This document shows, one piece after another, positions 54,483-64,000 of a DNA stretch of 64,000 nucleotides (position 1 is the first letter of the stretch; each line of letters opens with the position of its first letter). The position numbers and the translations under genes are program-made. Source of the DNA: the human T2T-CHM13v2.0 reference genome, Homo sapiens. The DNA lies in the NCBI RefSeq assembly GCF_009914755.1, contig NC_060935.1, one strand, 5' to 3'. The notes under the pieces are model-generated. The model made no database searches. It saw only the letters and a program-made list of their open reading frames with translations, and was not told the origin of the DNA.

Positions 54483-54834
54483 TGTCAGGCCTCTGAGCCC
54501 AACCTAAGCCATCATATCCCCTGTGACCTGCATGTACACATCCAGATGGCCGGTTCCTGCCTTAACTGATGACATTATCTTGTGAAATTCCTTCTCCTTG
54601 CTCATCCTGGCTCAAAAGCTCCCCTACTGAGCACCTTGTGACCCCCACTCCTGTCTGCCAGAGAACAACCCCCTTTTTTCGTTTACCTACCCAAATCCTA
54701 TAAAATGGCCCCACCCCATCTCCCTTCACTGACTCTCTTTTTGGACTCAGCCCACCTGAACCCAGGTGAAATAAACAGCTTTATTGCTCACACAAAGCCT
54801 GTTTGGTGGTCTCTTCACACGGATGCATGTGAAA
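54483..54834 (+). mobile_element. LTR7-family 5' LTR of HERV-H (promoter)
   Basis: TGTCAGGCCTCTGAGCCCAA start, TATAAAA at ~54699, AATAAA at ~54770, ends CACACGGATGCATGTGAAA; PBS-His TGGTGCCATGACTCGGAT 54837-54854. Confidence 0.93.
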
Positions 54835-57800
54835 TTTGGTGCCATGACTCGGATTGGGGGACCTCCCTTGGGAGATCAATCCCTTGTCCTCCTGCTCTTT
54901 GCTCTGTGAGAAAGATCCACCTACGACCTCAGGTCCTCAGACTGACCAGCCCAAGAAACATCTCACCAATTTCAAATCTGGGAAGCAGCTTCTTTTTACT
55001 CTCTTCTCCAACCTCCCTCACTATCCTTCAACCTCTTTCTCCTTTCAATCTTTGCACCACACTTCAATCTCTCCCTTCTCTTAATTTCAATTCCTTTCAT
55101 TTTCCAGTAGAGACCAAGGAGACACATTTTATCTGTGGACCCAAAACTCCGGTGCCGGTCATGGACTAGGGAAGGCAGCCTTCCCTTGGCGTTTAATCAT
55201 TGCAGGGACGCCTCTCTGATTATTCACCCAGGTTTCAGAGGTGTCAGACCACGCAGGGACACCTGCCTTGGTCCTTCACCCTTAGCAGCAAGTCCCGCTT
55301 TTCTTGGGGAGAAGCAAGAACCCCTCAACCCCTTCTCCTTCACCCTTAGCAGCAAGTCCCACTTTTCTGGGGGAGGCACAGGAACCCCGCCCTCTTATCT
55401 CTGCACCCTGATCCCTTATTTCCATGCCCCGCCCTCTTATCTCTGTGCCCTGATCCCTTATTTCCACAACCTGACCTCCTATCTCTGCACCCCAACCCTG
55501 TATTTCTGTGCCCCAACCCATTTCCTGCTTTTCTGGAAGGCAAGACCACCCCACCCCTTCTCTTTGTGTCTCTACTCTCTCTTTTCTCTAGGCTTGCCTC
55601 CTTCACTATGGGCAAGCTTCCACCCTCCATTCCCCTTTCTTCTCCATTAGCCTGTGTTCTTCAAAACCTAAAACCTCTTCAACTCACACCTGACCTAAAA
55701 CCTAAATGCCTTATTTTCTTCTACAATGCCTCTTGACCCCAATACAAACTCAACAGTGGTTCCAAATAGCCAGAAAATGGCACTTTCAATTTTTCCATCC
55801 TACAAGATCTAGATAATTCTTGTCATAAATGGGCAAATGGTCTGAGGTGCCTGACGTCCAGGCATTCTTTTACACATTGGTCCCTCCCTAGTCTCTGTTC
55901 CCAATGCAACTCATCCCAAATCTTCTTTCTTTCCCTCCCACCTGTCCCCTCAGTCCCAACCCCAAGTGTCGCTGAGTCTTTCTAATCTTCCTTTTCTACA
56001 GACTCATCTGACCTCTCCCCTCCTTGCCAGGCTGAGCTAGGTCCCAATTCTTCCTCAGCCTCTGCTCCTCCATCCTATAATCCTTTTATCACCTCCCCTT
56101 CTTACACTGGGTCCGGCTTACAGTTTCATTCCATGACTAGCCCTCCCCAACCTGCCCAGCAATTTACTCTTAAAAAGGTGGCTGGAGCTAAAGGCATAGT
56201 CAAGGTTAATGTTCCTTTTCCTTTATCCCAAATCAAATAATGTTTAGGCTCTTTTTCATCAAATATAAAAATCCACCCCAGTTCATGGCTCGTTTGGCAG
56301 CAACCCTGAGATGCTTTACAGCCCTAGACCCTAAAATGTCAAAAGGCCGTCTTATTCTCAATATACATTTTATTACCCAATCTGCTCCTGACATTAAATA
56401 AAACTCCAAAAATTAAATTCCGGCCCTCAAACCCCACAACAGGACTTAATTAACCTCGCCTTCAAGGTGTACAATAATAGAGTAGAGGCAGCCAAGTAGC
56501 AACATATTTCTCAGTTGCAATTCCTTGCCTCCACTGCGAGACAAACCCCAGCCACATCTCCAGCACCCAAGAGCTTCCAAACGCCTAAAGCGCAGTGGCC
56601 AGGCATTCCTCCAGAACCGCCTCTCCCAGGAGCTTGCTACAAGTGACAGAAATCTGGCCACCAGGCCAAGGAATGCCTGCAGCCCGGGATTCCTCCTGAG
56701 CCATGTCCCATCTGTGTGGGACCCCACTAGAAATCGGACTGTTCAACTCACCTGGCAGCCACTCCCAGAGCCCCTGGAACTCCAGCCCAAGGCTCTCTGA
56801 CTGACTCCTTCCCAGATCTTCTTGGCTTAGCAGCTGCAGACCGACAGTGCCCGATCGATCACCTCGGAAGCCTACAGGACCATCACAGACGCTCTACGTT
56901 ACTCTCACAGTGGAACGTAAGTCCATCCCCTTCTTAATCAATACAGAGGCTACCCACTCCACATTACCTTCTTTTCAAGGGCCTGTTTGCCTTGCCTCTA
57001 TAACTGTTGTGGGTATTGACAGTCAGGCTTCTAAACCTCTTAAAACTCCCCAACTCTGGTGCCAACTTAGACAATACTCTTTTAAGCACTCCTTTTTAGT
57101 TATCCCCACCTGCCCAGTTCCCTTATTAGGCCGAGACACTTCAACTAAATTATCTGCTTCCCTGACTGTTCCCGGACTACAGATACATCTCATTGCCACC
57201 CAACTTAACCCACAAGTAGAAGATACCTCTACTCTCTCCTTGACGACCTATCATGCACCCCTTACCATCTCATTAAAACCTAATCATCCTTACCCCGCTC
57301 AATGCCAATATCTCATCCCACAGCATGCTTTGAAAGGATTAAAGCCTGTTATCACCCACCTGCTACAGCATGGCCTTTTAAAGCCTATAAACTCTCCTTA
57401 CAAGTCCCCCATCTTACCTGTCCTAAAACCAGACAAGCCTTACAAGTTAGTTCAGGATCCATGACTTATCAATCAAATTGTTTTGCCTATCCACCCCAAG
57501 GTGCCAAACACATATACTCTCCTATCCTCAATTCCTCCCTCCACAACCCATTATTCTGTTCTGGATCTCAAACATGCTTTCTTTACTATTCCTTTGCACC
57601 CTTCATCCCAGCCACTCTTTGCTTTCACGTGGACTGACCCTGACACCCATCAGGCTCAGCAAATTACCTGGGCTGTACTGCTGCAAAGCTTCACAGACAG
57701 CCCCTATTACTTCAGCCAAGCCCAAATTTCTTCCTTATCTGTTACCTGTCTCCACATAATTCTCATAAAAACACACGTGCTCTCCCTGCCAATCGTGTGT

Positions 57801-58022
57801 GACTAATCTCTCAAACCCCAACCCCTTCTACAAAACAACAACTCCTTTCCTTCCTGGGCATGGTTGGATACTTTCATCTTTAGATATCTGGTTTTGCCAT
57901 CCTAACAAAACCATTATATAAACTCACAAAAGGAAACCTAGCTGACCCCATAGATCCTAAATCCTTTCCCCACTCCTCTTTCTGTTCCTTGAAGACAGCT
58001 TTAAAGACTGCCCCCACCCTAG
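54835..58022 (+). mobile_element. HERV-H internal region (leader, degenerate gag, pro, deleted RT), truncated in pol
   Basis: C/T-rich HERV-H leader; protease remnant FLINTEATHS, PVPLLGRD; RT remnant VLDLKHAFFTIPLHPSSQPLFAFTW. Confidence 0.92.
55386..55520 (+). repeat. HERV-H leader tandem repeats
   Basis: About 3 copies of CCTCTTATCTCTG..CCCTGATCCCTTATTTCCA (~43-bp period). Confidence 0.75.
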
Positions 58023-61000
58023 TCTTGGTTCCCTGACCGGGAAGCAAGGTAATTGACGGAAAGTCGAGGCAGCCCTTTAGGTGGCTTAGGCCTGCCCTGT
58101 GGAGCATCCCTGAGGGGGACTCCGGCCAGCTTGAGCGACGCTGATCCTGAGAGCTCTCCCGGGTAGGCAATTGCCCCGGAGGAATGCCTCGTCAGAGCAG
58201 TGTGTGGTTGGCCCCCATGGAGGATCAACACAGTGGCTGAACACAGGGAAGGAAGAGGCACTTGGAGTCCGGACATTTGAATCTTGGTAAGACTGGTCTT
58301 TGGAACTTGCCCACTCCATTTGAGTGGAAGCGTGTCCTGATCGCCCACGGCGTGCCTGTACTGGCACTTTGGTTTTTGTTTTTGACTTGACTTGAATTGC
58401 TTGATACTTTGGTTTTGGTTTGACCTGGCTTGGATTTCTGGATACTCTGATTTTGGTTTTGATTCTGGTTTGGTGAAAACTGAAAAAGTGTGTGTGTGCC
58501 CTTTTTACCCATTCTTTGTTCTGTGGTGTGCGTGTGGTGTGAGCTTGGTGTTTTGTCTCGAGGAAACGTGGGTCAGATACAAAGTAAGCCTACTCCGCTA
58601 GGAACTATGTTGAAAAATTTTAAGAAAGGATTTAATGGAGACTTTGGGGAACTTAGAACTTTGTGTGAAATAGATTGGCCAACATTAGAAGTAGGGTGGC
58701 CATCAGAAGGAAGCCTGGACAGGTCCCTTGTTTCTAAGGTATGGCACAAGGTAACTGGTAAGTCAGGACACTCAGACCAGTTTCCAAACATAGACACTTG
58801 GTTACAGCTGATGCTAAACCCCCCACTGTGGCTAAGAGGGCAGACAGCAGCAGTGCTAGTAGCAAAGTGACAGATAGCCAAGGAAGGATCCCGCTCCACC
58901 CGCTGAGGGAAATGAACTCCTGAAGTTCTGTTCGACCCAACATCAGAAGATCCATTGCAGGAGATGGCACCAGTGATCCCAGTGGTGCCCTCTCCTTACC
59001 AGGGAGGCAGGCTCCCCACTTTTGAGTCCACAGTGCTTGCGCCTCCACAAGACAAACATATCCCTAGGCCACCCAGAGTAGACAAGAGAGGAGGTGAGGA
59101 CTAGGGAGAAACCCCTCCCTTGGCAGCTCGTTTAAGACCCAAAACGGGGACAGAAATGCCCCTGAGAGAGCAGCGGTATACTGGGATAGATGAGGATGGT
59201 CACGTGGTGGGGAGGCGTGTTTTTGGGTACCGGCCCTTCACCTCTGCCCACTTTCTCAACTGGAAAAGCAATACCCCGTCCTGTACCGAAAAGCCACAAG
59301 CTCTGATTGATTTGCTCCAAACTATTATCCAGACCCATAACCCCACCTGGGCTGATTGCCACCGGTTGTTCATATTCCTCTTTAACACAGATGAAAGGCG
59401 GAGAGTGCTCCAAGCAGCAACTAAGTGGCTAGAGGAACATGCACCAGCTGATTACCAAAACCCCCAAGAGTATGTAAGGACCCAGTTACCAGGAACGACC
59501 CCCAGTGGGACCCACATGAAAGAGAGGATATGCAAAGGCTAAACAGAGACAGGGAATCTCTCTTGGAAGGATTAAAGAGGGGAGCCCAGAAGGCCACAAA
59601 TGTTAACAAAGTCTCTGAGGTCATTCAGAGAAAAGAAGAAAGTCCAGCACAATTGTAGGAGAGACTGTGTGAGGCCTATGGTATGTATACTCCCTTTGAT
59701 CCCAGTAGCCCTGAAAATCAAGGCATGATTAACATGGCTTTAGTTAGTCAAAGCGCAGAAGACATTAGAAGAAAACTGCAGAAACAGGCTGAGTTTGCAG
59801 GGATGAACACATCATAGTTATTAGAAATAGCTAACCAGGCGTTTGTAAACAGGGATGAAGTAAGCCGTAAGGAAAACCACAGAGACAATGAACGTCAGGC
59901 CCAGCGAAACACCGACCTGTTAGCGGCAGCAATCAGAGGGGTCCCCCCAAAGAGGCAAGGGAAGGGGGGCCCCGGGAAGGAAACTCAGCCTGGCTGTCAG
60001 AGCTTGCAGCGTAATCAGTGTGCTTATTGTAAAGAAATAGGACATTGGAAAAACAAATGCCCTCAGCTAAAAAGAAAACCAGGTGACACAGAGCAGGAGG
60101 CCCCGGACAAGGATGAAGGGGCCCTGCTCAACCTGGCAGAAGGGTTATTGGACTGAGGGGGACTGGGCTCAAGGACCCCCAAAGAGCCTATGGTCAGGAT
60201 GACAGTTAGGAGTAAAGATATTGATTTTCTTGTAGATACCGGTGCTAAACATTCGGTAGTAACCGCCCCGGTCACCCCCTTATCCAAAAAGATTATTGAC
60301 ATCATCGGAGCCACAGGAGTTTCAGCAAAGCAAGCTTTCTGCTTGCCTCGGACTTGTGCTGTAGGAAGACATAAAGTGATTCATCAGTTTTTGTACACAC
60401 CTGACTGTCCCTTGCGCTTGTTGGGAAGGGACTTGCTTAGCAAACTGAGAGCCACTATCTCTTTTACAGAGCACGGCTCTTTGCTGCTAAAGTCACCCAG
60501 AACGGGAGTCATTGTGACCCTTACGGTCCCCCGAGAGGAAGAATGGAGACTTTTCTTAACTGTGTGGGGCCAAGAGATAAGACCAGCTCTGGCTAAGCGG
60601 TGCCAAGAGTGTGGGCGGAAGACAACCCTCCAGGGTTTGCAGTCAACCAAGCCCCCGTACTTATAGAAGTTAAGCCTAGGGCCCAGCCGGTTAGGCAAAA
60701 ACAGGAGCCGGTCCCCAGAGAAGCTCTTGAAGGTATCCAGGTCCATCTCAAGCACCTAAGAAGTTTTGGAATTAGAGGTCCTTGTCAGTCTCCATGGAAC
60801 ACTCCCCTCCTGCCTGTTCCCAAGCCTAAGACCAAGGACTACTGGCCGGTACAGGATTTGCGCTTGGTTAATCAGGCTACAGTGACTTTACATCCAGCAG
60901 TACCTAACCCGTACACATTGCTGGGGTTGCTGCCAGCTGAGGACAGCTGCTTCACCTTCTTGGACCTGAAAGATGCTTTCTTTAGCATCAGATTATCCCG

Positions 61001-64000
61001 AGAGCCAGAAGCTGTTTGCTTTCAGTGGGCAGATCCAGAGTCAGGTGTCACTACTCAGTACACTTGGACCGGGCTTCCCCAAGGGTTCAAGAACTCCCCC
61101 ACCATCTTCGGGGAGGCATTGCCTCAAGACCTCCAGAAGTTTCCCACCAGAGACCTAGACTGCGTGTTGCTCCAGTACGTTGATGATCTTTTGCTGGGAC
61201 ACCCCATGGCAGTCGGGTGCACCAAAGGAACAGATGCTCTACTCCGGCACCTGGAGGACTGTGGGTATAAGATGTCCAAGAAAAAAGCTTAGATCTGCCG
61301 ACAGCAGGTACATTACTTAGGATTTACTATCCGAAAGTGGGAGACAGCCTAGGATCAGAAAGAAACAGGTCATTTGAAATCTACTGGAGCCTAAGACCAG
61401 AAGGCAGGTGAGAGAATTCTTATGGGCTGTGGGGTTTTGAAGACTGTAGATCCCAAAATTTGCAGTATAAGCCAAGCCTTTGTATGAGGTCACAAAGGGA
61501 GGGGGAACGGGAACGTTTTGAATGGGGATTCCAGCAACAGCAAGGCTTTCATGAGTTAAAGGAAAAACTTATGTCAGCCCCAGCCCTGGAGCTACCCGAT
61601 CTAACAAAGCCTTTTCCATTGTATGTGTCAGAGAGAGAAAAGATGGCAGTTGGAGTTTTAACCCAAACTGTGGGGCCCTGGCCGAGGCCGGTGGCCTACC
61701 TCTCTAAACAACTAGACGGGGTTTCTAAAGGACGGCCCCGTGTTTGAGGGCCTTGGCAGCAACTGCCCTGCTAGTACAAGAAGCAGATAAGCTGACTCTT
61801 GGACAGAACCTGAACATAAAGGCCTCCCGTGCTGTGGTGATTTTAATGAATACTAAAGGACATCATTGGCTAATGAATGCTAGACTCACTAAGTAATAAA
61901 GTTTGCTCTGTGAAAATCCCCGTATAACCATTGAAGTTTGTAACACCCTGAACCCCACTACCTTGCTCCCAGTATCAGAGAGCCCTGTCGAGCATGACTG
62001 TGTAGAAGTGTTGGACTCAGTTTACTCTAGCAGACCTAACCTCCAGGACCAGCCTTAGGCATCAGTAGACTAGGAACTATACGTGGCTGGGAGCATCTTC
62101 ATCAACCCACAAGGAGAGAGATGTGCAAGATATGCGGTGGTAACTCTGGACACTGTTGCTGAAGCCAGATCGTTTCCCCAGGGCACTTCAGCTCAGAAAG
62201 CTGAACTCGTTGCTTTAATTCGGGCCTTAGAACTCAGTGAAGCTAAGAATGTCAACATTTACACTGACTCTCAATATGCCTTTTCAACCCTTCAGGTGCG
62301 TGGAGCATTATATAAAGAAAAGAGCCTATTGAACTCTGGGGGAAAAGACATAAAATATCTACAAGAAATCTTGTAATTATTAAAAGCCGTATGGAGACCC
62401 CGCAAGGTGGCAGTTATGCATTGCAGAGGACACCAGCGAGCTTCCACCTTGGTGGGTTTAGGGAATTCCCGCGCTGACTTAGAGGCTCGAAAAGCAACAT
62501 CTGCCCCCTTCCGGGCATCAGTCACAGCCCCCATGCTCCCTCAAGCACCTGATCTTGTACCTACTTATTCTAAAGAAGAAAAGGACTTTCTCCAGGCAGA
62601 GAGAGGACAAGTGATGGAGGAAGGATGAATTCGGTAACCGGATGGGAGAGTAGCTGTGCCACAGCTGCTAAGAGCTGCAGTTGTACTGGCTGTTCATGAA
62701 ACCACCCATCTAGGTCAGGAATCACTTGAAAAGTTGTTAGGCTGGTATTTCTACATCTCGCATTTGTCAGCTCTTGCCAAAACGGTGACGCAGTGGTGTG
62801 TTACCTGCCGACAGCATAAAGCGAGGCAAGGTCCAGCCGTTCCGCCCGGCATACAAGCTTATGGAGCAGCCCCCTTTGAAGATCTCCAGGTGGACTTCAC
62901 AGAGATGTCAAAGTGTAGAGGTAACAAGTATTTACTAGTTCTTGGGCGTACCTACTCTGGGTAGGTGGAGGCTTATCCAACACTAACTGAGAAAGCTCGT
63001 GAAGTAACTCGTGTGCTTCTTCGAGATCTTATTCCTAGATTTGGACTGCCCTTACGGATCGGCTCAGATAACAGGCCGGCATTTGTGGCTGACTTAGTAC
63101 AGAAGGCGGCAAAGATATTAGGGATCACATGGAATCTGCATGCTGCCTACTGGCCTCAGAGTTCCGGAAAGGTGGAGCAAATTAATCAAACTATCAAAAA
63201 TAGTTTAGGGAAAGTATGTCAGGAAACAGGATTAAAATGGCTACAGGCTCTCCCTATGGTATTATTTAAAATTAGATGTACCACTTCTAAAAGAACAGGA
63301 TATTCCCCTTATGAAATATTATATCATAGGCCCCCTCCTATATTGCGGGGACTTCCAGGCACTCCCTGAGAGTTAGGTGAAATTGAGTTACAGCGACAGC
63401 TACAGGCCTTAGGAAAAATTACACAAACAATCTCAGCCTGGGTAAATGAGAGATGCCCTGTTAGCTTATTCTCCCCAGTTCACCCTTTCTCCCCAGGTGA
63501 TCGAGTGTGGATCAAGAACTGGAACGTAGCCTCTTTGTGTCCACTGTGGAAAGGACCCCAGACTGTCGTTCTGAGCACTCCCACCGCTGTGAAGGTAGAA
63601 GGAATCCCAGCCTGGATCCACCACAGCCATGTAAAACCTGCAGCGCCTGAAACCTGGGAGGCAAGACCAAGCCCAGACAACCCCTGCAGAGTGACCCTGA
63701 AGAAGACGACAAGCCCTGCTCCAGTCACACCCGGAAGCTGACTGGTCCACGCACGGCCGAAGCCTGAGGAAGCTCATCATGAGATTCATTTTTCTTAAAT
63801 TTTGGACTTATACAGTAAGGGCTTCAACTGATCTTACTCAAACTGGGGACTGTTCCCAGTGTACTCATCAGGTCACCGAAGTAGGACAGCAAATTAAAAC
63901 AATCTTTCTGTTCTATAGTTATTATGAATGTATGGAAACAATAAAAGAAACTTGTTTGTATAATGCCACTCAGTACAAGGTATGTAGCCCGAGAAATGAC
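58023..64000 (+). mobile_element. HERV-E provirus lacking its 5' LTR: PBS, gag (~58568-60156), pro-pol (60157-63741), start of env; continues beyond the window
   Basis: PBS-Glu TGGTTCCCTGACCGGGAA 58026-58043; Zn knuckle CAYCKEIGHWKNKC; PR FLVDTGA; RT LPQGFKNSP/QYVDD; RNase H YTDSQY; IN HHCC and GSDN; numerous stops and frameshifts. Confidence 0.93.
63779..64000 (+). CDS. HERV-E env 5' end, open to the window edge
   Basis: MRFIFLKFWTYTVRASTDLTQTGDCSQCTHQVTEVGQQIKTIFLFYSYYECMETIKETCLYNATQYKVCSPRND; resembles the HERV-E Env N-terminus; upstream in-frame CTG at 63764 where an ATG is expected. Confidence 0.6.
   Translation, partial: MRFIFLKFWTYTVRASTDLTQTGDCSQCTHQVTEVGQQIKTIFLFYSYYECMETIKETCLYNATQYKVCSPRND

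Noticed and set aside
55386-55520. Regularly spaced repeats suggesting a CRISPR-like array
   Set aside because: No unique spacers; ordinary HERV-H leader tandem repeats in eukaryotic DNA.
58568-63741. Replication-competent HERV-E gag-pol
   Set aside because: Gag start is GTG, with multiple in-frame stops and frameshifts throughout.

Overview
Primate (very probably human or great-ape) genomic DNA made almost entirely of interspersed repeats. No intact host protein-coding gene, RNA gene or prokaryotic system is visible. Main contents: a full-length THE1 MaLR with TSD; a processed SNRPC (U1-C) pseudogene split by an Alu; a MER11 solo LTR; a two-LTR HERV-T/HERVS71 (LTR6) provirus that is internally deleted and heavily G-to-A edited; exon 1 of an ENPP7-like pseudogene; a full-length L1PA with intact ORF1 but no matching TSDs; and a HERV-H (LTR7) provirus fused in mid-pol to a HERV-E genome that begins at its primer-binding site and runs off the window in env. 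There are also about 37 Alus plus MLT1/MST/MER4/MER58/MER20/L2/MIR remnants. The ENPP7P + SNRPCP + HERV-H/E combination suggests the multi-chromosome ENPP7P/FAM86/ALG1L/OR7E segmental-duplication family (inference from recall). Repeat family names were assigned by eye from remembered consensus sequences, and boundaries are approximate unless a TSD is quoted. I do not see a wholly new biological system. The best leads are the HERV-H/HERV-E chimera, the APOBEC3G-type fossil editing, a possibly lost ENPP7-like paralogue and a complex rearrangement junction.
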